A stretch of 24,000 nucleotides of DNA from Klebsiella phage HMGUkp5. The position numbers and the translations under genes were made by a program. The notes below the pieces were generated by a model. That model had not been told where the DNA came from. It saw only the letters and a list, made by a program, of their open reading frames with translations, and made no database searches. This document shows, piece by piece, positions 7,325 to 15,981 of this stretch. Location: sequence record PV683293.1; one strand, written 5' to 3'. How positions within the stretch are numbered: position 1 is the stretch's first letter; each line of letters opens with the position of its first letter.

Positions 7325-10321
7325 TCAACCTTTCTTACCCATCATCGCCAATAGATTTACTCGACGTTTGTGAGACCAGCCAACGACCGTCAGTATAGAC
7401 TGGATCGGTTCAATGAATGACTTCTCAAATGCCGTGTTGTAATCCACCCACTTCGCCATATCCAATTCTTCGGGGAAGAACTCTGGATAGGCGAAATAGT
7501 TCTGACCGAACGGATTACCGGCTTTCAGCAGAACAATGTTGACTTTATCACCAGATTCTATTAACGGTAAATCGAGTTCTTCATGCTTCTCTACCAGGCG
7601 GTTGTAGCCGACGCATGCCTTCGCAGCAAAGTGCGCCCCAGAGATAAAGGATCCGTCAGGAGCCACGCACTTCTCGATGTCAGATACGCCCGATGCCTTC
7701 GCAATGTCATCGACGCTCAGTTTCATGTACTCATCTTTATACGTCTTGATGAGGTCTTGGACTTCGCTTTCCGTGCCTAAAAGAATGCGCTCATAGCACT
7801 TGATGAGACGTTCACGACACCATTCTGGTGTTGTTGATTTACGCGCCTCAAGACCTTTGAATTTGATCTTCGGCTTCTCATATTTGATGCCTTCACTGTC
7901 ATAGACAGCCATGCAATACATCTTCTTGGCACGCCATACTGCAGCAGACGCAATGACTTCACGTTCCCAAACCATGCGCTGTTCGTAGCCATTCATCGTA
8001 TTGCAGAGCATCTGCGCCCATTCATTGGTCTTGGGCTGATAATTCTCCTTGATCCATTGGTCGATGTTATCAACGAGTTTGTGGTGGTCAGTTTCTCCTT
8101 CCCACAATTTCTTGACCAGGCGCTCAATACAGATATAGTTCGAGTCCGTGTCCCCCGCGATAACATAATCCAGGCCGCTGGTCCCACACAATCCGTTAAG
8201 ATAATCGTCAGTGTAACGCTTGTTCCACTTATTGATCAACTGCCCTGAAGTTGTAATCGCTTCCGCAATGTTGAGGTTAAAGTATTCTTTAAACCAGACG
8301 TTAGAGATTGCACCATAACCTGCGTTCATCAAGATCTTCAGACCTTGCTGTAACGTGTCTTGGGCAACGCCAAGGTCTTCCCATTTGTGCATCACTTCGG
8401 ACAGGTGATCAAGGTCGATGTTTTTGTGCTCTTCATACCAGTCTTGGTCAAAGTAGCGGGATTTCATCGCGGATTCAAGGTGGAAGTCACCCTTAGACAT
8501 TTCCTTACACCAGCCCGCCCATTGCTCATACTTCAGACCCTTGGCCTTCTCACCTTTACGGTCAGCGTAAATGCCGCGCATGATCTCAGATAGGAAGGAC
8601 ATTTTCTCATTACTGAAGAACTGAACGTTCGGTGTAAACGACACGTTGTAACGCACGAGGGTTTCAAACCGGAATTCACCCAGGGCAACCAGTTCATCCA
8701 CAACCTGTAGGCGTTCATCAATCGCGCGGAGCAGCTTGTCATGAAGATTCTTCATATGGCGGCGTTTGTGCATCGGCGTCGTCATATCGTTCATCTTAGC
8801 AGCAAGCTCTTCACACATGGCTTCAATGATTTCACGACGGGTGTGTTTATCGCCGATAATCGTTTCAGGCCCAAGGTTGTACTGCTGAATGATGTGTGGG
8901 TACAGGGAGTTCAAGTCCTCTGAGAAGACCCAATAATAGATCCCTGGCGCCACTTCCATGACATATGCGCCTTCAAAGTTTGTCGGCCCATCATAGACGC
9001 GCTGAACTTTGGGAACAATCCCCTTTTCGTACAGCTTGTAATAACACATGGCCAACCAAGGCGCTACCGTACCCAAGCCGTCTTCAAAGTTAGATTTGGT
9101 GCGATATGCCAGGACAAACATCAGCTGAATGAGACGCAGCTTTTGTTCCAGACGCCAGACGAGTTTGACGTCCTTAATACCATACCGGGTGTGCTTACAA
9201 TAATCGTTGAAATATAGATCAAACAGTGATTTGCTCTCACTGTAATCCATCTTTTTCTCACCGAGTTCGCAATACGCAATCCAGTCCAAAGAATACCGCT
9301 CACGTGTGGTGTACGTGTGCTTCTTGTAGACCTGCAGGTAATCCAACATAGGACAGCCAACGAACTGATAAGTCGTGATGTCGCCCTTCTTATCCCGGAT
9401 GATACGCTTTTTGATCTTACCCCAAGGACTCAGGCGATTGGTGTCGGCTTCACCCAATACTTGCATACAGCGTTCTACCAGATAGGGGCTATCGAATTGC
9501 TCAATGTTCCAGCCTGTCCAGCAGTCAAAGGCCCGCGCTTCCCAGTAATCAACAAATGACCGCAGCAGATCTTGTTCGGTGGTGAACTCTTGATATTCTA
9601 CTTCCAGACCACCGATCTCTTCATCATTTGGATCATATTTGAATTTATGGCGATCCTTAGAACACGGCATCCCCCAGACCATATATTTGTTATTGGTCAG
9701 ATCCTGGAGCTGAATGAGCGTAATCGGGAATGCCGCATTCATGTTCTGGGTGATCTTACCATTTGCGTCAATGATGGGGAACTGGTCGGTCACGTTGTTG
9801 GAGATAAAGGAGCCGGGGAAATGCTCGCGGACGAACGCATGGTTGGCCAAGATACGTTTATGGAACTGACGAACACGCGCCGCGCTCCCTTTGAACGTCT
9901 GTAGTTCTATCGTCGGGTGTGGGAATGGACCTTTAGTCATCTGCCCATCGACCCACCCTGCAGAGAACACTTCGATATCAAGGTTGGCGATATGAATGTT
10001 GTTGTAATCTGGCTGAATTGTACCAGGAAAACTGTGGGCGATGAATTGATAGGCATAGTCGGTCTGACCATATATCGCCGCGCCTTCTACATCCTTGTAT
10101 TCCTCCATATAGTTGTCGGCGTCACGCATAGACGCAAACTTTTTAGAAATCAGAGGTTCGTTCAACAGGCCGACTTTTTCAACATTAGAATAATCAGCCG
10201 TGGGTAAATATAGAGTGGGTTCGAATTTCTTTTTGAGCATGCGGCGGTTGCCCATGTCATCTGCAATTCGAACTAACAGGTCGTTGCCTTGCCGGGCGAC
10301 GTTAGTATAGAAAACAGTCAT
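7325..10321 (-). CDS. family B DNA polymerase, T4 gp43-like, 998 aa
   Basis: Exo I LDIEVF, motif A DLNSLYPHII, motif B NAGYGAISNVWFK, motif C DTDSNYICI. Start refined to ATG at 10321 preceded by GGAG; supplied ORF start at 10504 extends across the intergenic region. Confidence 0.93.
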   Translation of the reverse strand: MTVFYTNVARQGNDLLVRIADDMGNRRMLKKKFEPTLYLPTADYSNVEKVGLLNEPLISKKFASMRDADNYMEEYKDVEGAAIYGQTDYAYQFIAHSFPGTIQPDYNNIHIANLDIEVFSAGWVDGQMTKGPFPHPTIELQTFKGSAARVRQFHKRILANHAFVREHFPGSFISNNVTDQFPIIDANGKITQNMNAAFPITLIQLQDLTNNKYMVWGMPCSKDRHKFKYDPNDEEIGGLEVEYQEFTTEQDLLRSFVDYWEARAFDCWTGWNIEQFDSPYLVERCMQVLGEADTNRLSPWGKIKKRIIRDKKGDITTYQFVGCPMLDYLQVYKKHTYTTRERYSLDWIAYCELGEKKMDYSESKSLFDLYFNDYCKHTRYGIKDVKLVWRLEQKLRLIQLMFVLAYRTKSNFEDGLGTVAPWLAMCYYKLYEKGIVPKVQRVYDGPTNFEGAYVMEVAPGIYYWVFSEDLNSLYPHIIQQYNLGPETIIGDKHTRREIIEAMCEELAAKMNDMTTPMHKRRHMKNLHDKLLRAIDERLQVVDELVALGEFRFETLVRYNVSFTPNVQFFSNEKMSFLSEIMRGIYADRKGEKAKGLKYEQWAGWCKEMSKGDFHLESAMKSRYFDQDWYEEHKNIDLDHLSEVMHKWEDLGVAQDTLQQGLKILMNAGYGAISNVWFKEYFNLNIAEAITTSGQLINKWNKRYTDDYLNGLCGTSGLDYVIAGDTDSNYICIERLVKKLWEGETDHHKLVDNIDQWIKENYQPKTNEWAQMLCNTMNGYEQRMVWEREVIASAAVWRAKKMYCMAVYDSEGIKYEKPKIKFKGLEARKSTTPEWCRERLIKCYERILLGTESEVQDLIKTYKDEYMKLSVDDIAKASGVSDIEKCVAPDGSFISGAHFAAKACVGYNRLVEKHEELDLPLIESGDKVNIVLLKAGNPFGQNYFAYPEFFPEELDMAKWVDYNTAFEKSFIEPIQSILTVVGWSHKRRVNLLAMMGKKG

Positions 10322-10399
10322 TGTATTCTCCAGGTTATCCGTGCCGTTAGCACGTTCCCATAATTTAGCCGAGGAGGGTTCATTGACCAAGGAGTTTAT

Positions 10400-10972
10400 A
10401 TGGCAATCCCCTTGGTAAGCATGATTCCTGGCGCTTTGAAACAGCTCTGGAATCTGGGAACTGATTTGATTCAATATAAGCGGGAAATTGTAAGCGCCAA
10501 GCACGATGTCAAGTTAGAAGCGATCAAATCGTCTTCCGACTGGGAACTATCTAAGATCACAGAAGTTGGTGGTTCTTGGAAGGATGAGTTCTGGACTATC
10601 GTTCTTGCGGTTCCCGCGATCCTCGTTATGTTAGCTCCTGTTGTGGAACTGCTTTTGTTCCCCGGCGAATATCATAAAGGGGATTTCATCAAAGCAGTAG
10701 TCGGTGGCATGCAAGCCCTGGATACCGCGCCTGATTGGTATACTGCTTCATTATTGACAGCAATTAGTGCATCATTCGGTATCAAAGGCTACAACCACTT
10801 TAAAAGCAACAGCCGCAAGGCGCAAGCTGTCGATGCCCTTAAACAATTCGGCGTCAAAGTGGTTAGCAAAGATCCCACTGTTGTTACTCAGTCGGGTTCT
10901 CCCGATCTTGAGTCTGCTCCCCCAGCTGGGTCTACTGCGACCTCTGGTGCGTGGCCTGATCTGAAGAAATAA
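10400..10972 (+). CDS. membrane protein, holin-like (3-TM-holin-like, tentative)
   Basis: SWKDEFWTIVLAVPAILVMLAPVVELLLF and second TM WYTASLLTAISASFGIKGY; SD AAGGAG before ATG. Confidence 0.55.
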   Translation: MAIPLVSMIPGALKQLWNLGTDLIQYKREIVSAKHDVKLEAIKSSSDWELSKITEVGGSWKDEFWTIVLAVPAILVMLAPVVELLLFPGEYHKGDFIKAVVGGMQALDTAPDWYTASLLTAISASFGIKGYNHFKSNSRKAQAVDALKQFGVKVVSKDPTVVTQSGSPDLESAPPAGSTATSGAWPDLKK

Positions 10973-10978
10973 TGTTCA

Positions 10979-11002
10979 AGGGGCTTCGGCCCCTTTCTTT
11001 TG
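10979..11002 (+). terminator. rho-independent terminator
   Basis: GGGGC TTCG GCCCC followed by TTTCTTTT. Confidence 0.85.
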
Positions 11003-11012
11003 GTGTTAAGGA

Positions 11013-11225
11013 ATGGATGTGGTAAACAAGAGATTGCTCGTCACCCAGGGCGGGGCGACGATAGTAAGAGGCCGGATTTATGAACAAACTAAACTCGGCT
11101 CACACAAAACTAGACTGAAAGTAAAAGCGCCAGATGGTGGTTGGCCAACAAATGTGATCGTTCCCGATGGTCTCATAGAACGAGGGTTCGCGACATACCG
11201 GGGAGCAGAGTTCAAAATTTATTAA
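11013..11225 (+). CDS. hypothetical protein, 70 aa
   Basis: ORF, codirectional with neighbours. Confidence 0.6.
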   Translation: MDVVNKRLLVTQGGATIVRGRIYEQTKLGSHKTRLKVKAPDGGWPTNVIVPDGLIERGFATYRGAEFKIY

Positions 11226-11319
11226 AATGTTTATTGAAAAACTTTACTTCTTCAATAACTGGCGTATACTTCAAATTGTAGTACGAACGAACAACAATCT
11301 GAAGAGAAGGAAATACGCC

Positions 11320-11544
11320 ATGACCGACACAGCAAAAATGAAATGCATCCACGCAAGCAACCTGTTAGGCGACGCTGCTTTCATCAACGGTAACACTTAT
11401 GAAGCCCACCGAGAAAACGGTAAAGTCTTCGTAAAATGCGAAATCGGTATGGACATCCAGATTCAGGTTCGTAGCGGCCTCGACGGTAAATCCGTTTGGG
11501 CGTGTGAAGGCGAAAACGGCACCTACCACTTTGCAAAAATCTGA
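11320..11544 (+). CDS. hypothetical protein, 74 aa
   Basis: Internal ATG at 11320 preceded by AAGGAAATACGCC fits better than 11227. Confidence 0.65.
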   Translation: MTDTAKMKCIHASNLLGDAAFINGNTYEAHRENGKVFVKCEIGMDIQIQVRSGLDGKSVWACEGENGTYHFAKI

Positions 11545-11612
11545 TTTTATACCTTGCGCTCCGATTAGAGCGCAATAATAAACTCAGCTATCTGAAAAGA
11601 AGGAAATACATC

Positions 11613-12140
11613 ATGAAAATTTTAGCAGAAACCGCAAACAAAAACACAGTTTTGTCTGATGCAGGTGAAGGTCACGTTTTCGGTAACTTCTTCGGTGCTG
11701 TGGAAGGCGACAAAATTTCTGCTGGGCGTTACATGGTCGTATATCATCCTATCATGAAAGGCGTTCGCCAAGAGATGAAACAAAAATTTGACTCCTACGT
11801 TGACGCCATGCAGTTCTTCCTGTTCCAGAAGCGCCATGAGCGTTTTGTAGAAGCCAAAGACGCCGGGCTGGACGATGCAACTGCCGAACTGATTGCCGAA
11901 GGCAAAATGACTATTGAAGCCGCTCTGGGCGATATGGATATGGACGCCGAAGCACATTGGATTGAATATTCCGCATACCAGAACGAATGTGAAGATGATC
12001 CGGAAGATGACGGGTTTGATCCAGATCTCCACGGCGGAGAAGACGACAATACCCCTCCTCTGGAAATTCTGATGGCAGGTGGTCAGGCCGCTTGGGAATG
12101 GCAGAACGAGAAAAATGCCTGGCTGGATAGCCGCCTCTAA
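11613..12140 (+). CDS. hypothetical acidic protein, 175 aa
   Basis: ORF with SD AAGGAAATACATC ATG. Confidence 0.75.
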   Translation: MKILAETANKNTVLSDAGEGHVFGNFFGAVEGDKISAGRYMVVYHPIMKGVRQEMKQKFDSYVDAMQFFLFQKRHERFVEAKDAGLDDATAELIAEGKMTIEAALGDMDMDAEAHWIEYSAYQNECEDDPEDDGFDPDLHGGEDDNTPPLEILMAGGQAAWEWQNEKNAWLDSRL

Positions 12141-12148
12141 TACCAGTA

Positions 12149-12166
12149 AAGCCCCTTCGGGGGCTT
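12149..12166 (+). terminator. rho-independent terminator for plus-strand gene
   Basis: AAGCCCC TTCG GGGGCTT followed by CTTCTT. Confidence 0.75.
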
Positions 12167-12199
12167 CTTCTACAAATTTGAAACATAGGTCTACACAAA

Positions 12200-12222
12200 G
12201 AAGGGGCTTTCGCCCCTTTTCT
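12200..12222. terminator. second terminator hairpin between convergent genes
   Basis: GGGGC TTTC GCCCC followed by TTTTCTTATT on plus strand; also readable on minus strand. Confidence 0.6.
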
Positions 12223-12677
12223 TATTCGTCCCAGAAATCATCGTCATCATCGACGTCAGCCAATTCAGTATCCAGATCTTCATCCGAATACTCCGGCAGT
12301 TTACCATTCTGTTGCAGATAGGCAATCTCATCATCTTCCAGCTGCAGGTCGGTGGCGATATAAAGCGCGTCGCTTTCTTCATCATGCTCAATGCTGTACG
12401 ACGTATATTCCATGCCCTGAACGGTAATGATGATGCTGGTCGGATCATCGGGGTCAACGTGCGCCTCGAAAGGAACTCCATCAATCGGAGCGTCTTCCAG
12501 GAAAGTTGCCAGGGCGATAGCAGCACGAACAACGTCGGTGCCTTCTACGGACGCATAGATCTCTTCGGCGCCAGTTTCCCCGCGCTCAAAAAATTCTATG
12601 GTTGTGCCGTCTTGAACGCCAGTCCAGATTGGAGCGTCCAGTATTGACTCAGATTCGAATAAAGTGGAGATTGCCAT
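12222..12677 (-). CDS. very acidic hypothetical protein, 151 aa
   Basis: ORF; C-terminus SDEDLDTELADVDDDDDFWDE. Confidence 0.7.
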   Translation of the reverse strand: MAISTLFESESILDAPIWTGVQDGTTIEFFERGETGAEEIYASVEGTDVVRAAIALATFLEDAPIDGVPFEAHVDPDDPTSIIITVQGMEYTSYSIEHDEESDALYIATDLQLEDDEIAYLQQNGKLPEYSDEDLDTELADVDDDDDFWDE

Positions 12678-12743
12678 GTCAGTGATCCTCAGTGTGGATT
12701 ATGGGGTATTTAGCCACACTGAGAACCATATGGGCAAGACAAA

Positions 12744-14123
12744 TTAGGAAGGTATAAATGTATCGACAAAAATGTGATCACTGCCAGGAATATCACCCAA
12801 CTCCGGACATGCTGCCTTCATCGGTTCTACATACGGCTTACTACCAACGATCCAGAACAGAGAGTTCTCGTTCAACAACTCTGGTTTGTGTTCCTGGATC
12901 CACGTCATCACCTTGCCTTCATAGCGAGGATGAAGTTCAATATCACCCCATTGGTATTCCATCAGATCGTTGTAACGAACCCAATTGGTGGTGTGCAAAT
13001 CCCAGTGATGGACATTAAAGCGCGGAGAACCATCCGCTCTCTCCAGTTCTTTCGGGTCGTAACGACCTAACAGGCCAAGCAGTGAAACGCTCTTAGGGGA
13101 CTGCGGAGCGTCCTTCTTACCATACAGATAATCCGGGTTGTCATGATAATGGCGAGTGAAGTCCACAATGTGCGGTAAATTGGCATATTCACCAATAATG
13201 CGCAGACGACTTTCAATGAAGTCAAGGCGATTAGGACCGATGCCGATCAGGTACACATTTTTCAGATTCGGTTTCGGGTGCATTGCCAGGCCCGTCAGGA
13301 TACTGGTGCAAGAGTTGCATGAACCCGCCGGGATGATCAGATCAGTAATATGATCCGGAATGTTGGCGACCTGTTCACCACCCAGCATATGGAATCCAGC
13401 GATGCGCTCCGGGGAATGCAATTTATGGTCCAGAGTGATCCCATACTCCAGATAATACGCCTTTGGATTCTGTTGTTCAATCAGCTTCTTACAGCGCGGC
13501 TGGATAGTGCTGTTATAACCAGAACCGACGAAATTAAAGATACTACCAAACCAGGCAGACATTGCCACCATGTCGTGGTTCATACAAGTGGTTGGCTTGG
13601 TTGCACCCAGGACTGTAGTCGTATGCCCGCCGAAGTGCCGAGAGACTGCCGTCGCCATAGGGGACTGCGGACTACCAACGACAGTACCATGGATGATATC
13701 GGGGGAGCCTCCGGCCTTTAAATGCTCAACCATGAGCCAGATAGCCTGACGGAGTTTGCTGCCGTTGATACCCTGTTGCCCGTTTGCATAGTTGGACAGC
13801 GGCGCGAAGTAATCTTCACGTTTAAACCAGACCTGTTGGTTGGTTACGGGGTTGGAAACAAGTTCACACGGAGTGTGTTTGTAAAGGTAGTCTTCCCAGT
13901 GGACCAGGTTGCGGTCTAGAGAAAGAGTTTTGAAGATAGTTTTGTTGTGATGTTGAGAGATAATACCCCCGATCGACGATTCTTCCTTTAACGCATCGCT
14001 GACAAATTCTTCAAGGATATCTTGGTTGATACTACTTTCACAGCTTTGGACTGTAAATGGAGTTGTATTTGTTTCAACAACAGTTTTGATGTCATTTAAA
14101 AGTTTCTGTGTTTTATCGTTCAT
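12744..14123 (-). CDS. PLP-dependent enzyme, tryptophan synthase beta / ACC deaminase-like fold
   Basis: VWFKREDYFAPLSNYANGQQGINGSKLRQA matches the KRED...G.NGSKxR PLP-lysine region of fold type II enzymes; 459 aa. Confidence 0.7.
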   Translation of the reverse strand: MNDKTQKLLNDIKTVVETNTTPFTVQSCESSINQDILEEFVSDALKEESSIGGIISQHHNKTIFKTLSLDRNLVHWEDYLYKHTPCELVSNPVTNQQVWFKREDYFAPLSNYANGQQGINGSKLRQAIWLMVEHLKAGGSPDIIHGTVVGSPQSPMATAVSRHFGGHTTTVLGATKPTTCMNHDMVAMSAWFGSIFNFVGSGYNSTIQPRCKKLIEQQNPKAYYLEYGITLDHKLHSPERIAGFHMLGGEQVANIPDHITDLIIPAGSCNSCTSILTGLAMHPKPNLKNVYLIGIGPNRLDFIESRLRIIGEYANLPHIVDFTRHYHDNPDYLYGKKDAPQSPKSVSLLGLLGRYDPKELERADGSPRFNVHHWDLHTTNWVRYNDLMEYQWGDIELHPRYEGKVMTWIQEHKPELLNENSLFWIVGSKPYVEPMKAACPELGDIPGSDHIFVDTFIPS

Positions 14124-14191
14124 TCTATTTCTCCTGTAGACATTGGCATATCATAGCGTATCTACAGGAGTATAGAAAAGGAGAATCTCGA

Positions 14192-14827
14192 TTACTTTCT
14201 GAAGATATCCAGGAACTTCAGGATATTAGACATAAAGCCACCCCGTTTACGTCCGGCTGAAATCTTTTTAGATTCAGGAACCGGAATAGAACTGTCGTGA
14301 CGTAATTGACGGGACAAAGAATCATCATCTTTGACGACACGAGTTGGTGGAGGCACAGGTGGTGCTGGTGGGAGCGGAACTTCACGACTACGCACCATGG
14401 TTTCATAGTCACGGGCGATCTCAATATATTTCCGGCGCTCAGTGAAGAAATCGACTGCTTTCACTTTACGGCGGCGGGCATGAGAACTCTCTTCACCATA
14501 GTAGTCGTAATTGTTACGAACCATCCAGTTTACCGCTTGTTCAAACGTGTTGAACACCAGCATGGGAATACCGTCGCCTTTCTCAATACAATCCAGTGAA
14601 GAGTACCCGACGATGACGGTCATACCTTTCTGGAACAACTTACAGGGGATGGTGTTACCCGGAGTGTTGCGGTTGCGCGGGACGATATGATCTTCACGGT
14701 GAACAAAGTTCGGATACAAGAACTCATTGAGAGTTCCCTTGTAGCCCTTGTATGTGTACATACGGACGAATGGAGGAACGTCAACGACCACGTCGTTCAA
14801 TTCCCAGATAGTAACATTGCGCATCAA
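14192..14827 (-). CDS. hypothetical protein with proline-rich linker
   Basis: 211 aa ORF, PLPPAPPVPPPTR linker. Confidence 0.75.
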   Translation of the reverse strand: MMRNVTIWELNDVVVDVPPFVRMYTYKGYKGTLNEFLYPNFVHREDHIVPRNRNTPGNTIPCKLFQKGMTVIVGYSSLDCIEKGDGIPMLVFNTFEQAVNWMVRNNYDYYGEESSHARRRKVKAVDFFTERRKYIEIARDYETMVRSREVPLPPAPPVPPPTRVVKDDDSLSRQLRHDSSIPVPESKKISAGRKRGGFMSNILKFLDIFRK

Positions 14828-14915
14828 TATTTCCTCAGTTCATGGTTGGCCACTGAATTATAACGCGATTCGGTTATAGATTAACCTATTTGAGAATCAG
14901 AATTATAGACAAAAA

Positions 14916-14940
14916 GAAACCCGGTATCCTTACCGGGCTT
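14916..14940 (-). terminator. rho-independent terminator closing the RNA array
   Basis: Minus strand CCCGGTA AGGA TACCGGG TTTCTTTTTG. Confidence 0.8.
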
Positions 14941-14992
14941 TGATAAAGACCAAAATCACATGGCCTATTCGCAGTTGTGCTACACAGATTAT

Positions 14993-15144
14993 TGGGAGAG
15001 TGCGCCGGGAATCGAACCCAGAGTCATCAGAACTTAGAAAGCTATGTGCATTTCACTTACGGTTCTGTGATTTTATTCTTCCTCAACACCAGATTAAGAA
15101 ACAGGGGCATGCACACCTTACTGTTCCCGCAGGAAGTCGCACCC
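14993..15144 (-). ncRNA. tRNA-like RNA, ~150 nt, canonical T-arm and 7-bp acceptor with long non-tRNA insert
   Basis: 5' GGGTGCG pairs with 3' CGCACTC (one G-U); T-arm CTGGG-TTCGATT-CCCGG immediately before the 3' acceptor strand; 3' TCCCA; starts 6 nt after tRNA-Gln CCA. Confidence 0.6.
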
Positions 15145-15150
15145 ATAATT

Positions 15151-15224
15151 TGGAAGGAGCACCAGGATTCGAACCTGAGATCATGGGATCAAAGCCCATT
15201 GCCTTACCGCTTGGCTATGCTCCT
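15151..15224 (-). tRNA. tRNA-Gln(TTG)
   Basis: AGGAGCA...TGCTCCT-T-CCA, anticodon loop CTTTGAT, T-loop TTCGAAT. Confidence 0.95.
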
Positions 15225-15230
15225 GTAATT

Positions 15231-15276
15231 TGGACGGGCTTCTCACCCGATTGTGCATTTGATCTGCCGTAGCCCA
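15231..15276 (-). ncRNA. short CCA-ended structured element (tentative)
   Basis: TGGGCT/AGCCCG terminal pairing followed by TCCA; CGGG/CCCG alternative hairpin; 6 nt upstream of tRNA-Gln. Confidence 0.35.
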
Positions 15277-15444
15277 ACTCCCCGCGTCGTAACGCCGATT
15301 GGTTAACTGGCACCAGTGCCTTCTGGTTTGATCTCCTGGAACTTTACAGGCTTCGCGCCAAACCATTTCTGGTAGTTGGGGCATCGTTTCCGATGTGGAG
15401 TCATCCCCATTTTATACACAGCTGGCTGCAACGCTTACTGTGTT

Positions 15445-15506
15445 TGTATCAGAGTGTCCGGTGTAGCATTCCGTGAGGTGCGCACTACTGTAGCCTCTAC
15501 ACTCTG
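15445..15506 (-). ncRNA. structured RNA element, ~62 nt, terminal 8-bp helix
   Basis: CAGAGTGT pairs perfectly with ACACTCTG, followed by ATACA. Confidence 0.45.
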
Positions 15507-15510
15507 AATT

Positions 15511-15616
15511 TGTATGAAGTGGGAATCACTCTCCTGGGTGTCTGTATCCTGCAACCTTACATTGGCAGCTATCGCGCGATTCGCACTTCCGAAGGCGCTT
15601 CGAGACACTCCACTTC
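15511..15616 (-). ncRNA. structured RNA element, ~106 nt, terminal 7-bp helix
   Basis: GAAGTGG pairs with CCACTTC, 3' ATACA; internal GTGTCT/AGACAC and CGAAG-CGC-CTTCG hairpins. Confidence 0.5.
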
Positions 15617-15620
15617 AATT

Positions 15621-15692
15621 TGGTCCGGAACCCGGTTCTGGGCCACGCTTGAGGACATCGGCCATCCTTCCTCAGCTAATCAACCGGGTTCC
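15621..15692 (-). ncRNA. CCA-ended hairpin RNA, 72 nt, perfect 11-bp terminal helix
   Basis: GGAACCCGGTT / AACCGGGTTCC then GGACCA; internal TGAGGA/TCCTCA. Confidence 0.6.
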
Positions 15693-15697
15693 AGATT

Positions 15698-15805
15698 TGG
15701 TGGGCGTTACTTTCGTCGGTTTCAGATTCCGTTCGGCTATTGGACGTTGTTCCAAAGAACTTGTCGGTCGCTTACTTCGTGCTTACTCGCTTTCGTTTCA
15801 CACCC
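15698..15805 (-). ncRNA. CCA-ended structured RNA, ~108 nt with acceptor-like stem
   Basis: GGGTGT / (A)CGCCC + A discriminator + CCA; no canonical T-arm; begins 6 nt after tRNA-Asn. Confidence 0.55.
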
Positions 15806-15811
15806 ATTGTC

Positions 15812-15887
15812 TGGCGATGGTGGCAGGACTTGAACCTGCGACATATGGATTAACAGTCCACCGTTCTACCGACTGAACTACACCATC
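15812..15887 (-). tRNA. tRNA-Asn(GTT)
   Basis: GATGGTG...CACCATC-G-CCA, anticodon loop CTGTTAA. Confidence 0.95.
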
Positions 15888-15893
15888 TCAATT

Positions 15894-15981
15894 TGGCGGA
15901 AAGTCTGAGATTCGAACTCAGGGGGCATTACACCCGACGATTTTCAAGACCGTTGCCTTAAACCGCTCGGCCAACTTTCCT
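15894..15981 (-). tRNA. tRNA-Ser(TGA)
   Basis: AGGAAAG...CTTTCC-G-CCA, anticodon loop CTTGAAA, long variable arm, 88 nt. Confidence 0.95.

Noticed and set aside
14993-15144. Genuine full-length tmRNA
   Set aside because: Too short for the pseudoknots and no clear tag ORF with resume codon; only the acceptor/T-arm/P2-like architecture is shared
14940-15272. Plus-strand ORF (110 aa) with ...SRTHNLEGAPGFEPEIMGSKPIALPLGYAPVIW...
   Set aside because: Antisense translation across tRNA-Gln and the tRNA-like RNA; this is the classic spurious peptide signature of tRNA genes
15510-15876. Plus-strand ORFs of 107 and 120 aa
   Set aside because: Antisense to the RNA array, low-quality composition and no SD; end inside tRNA-Asn
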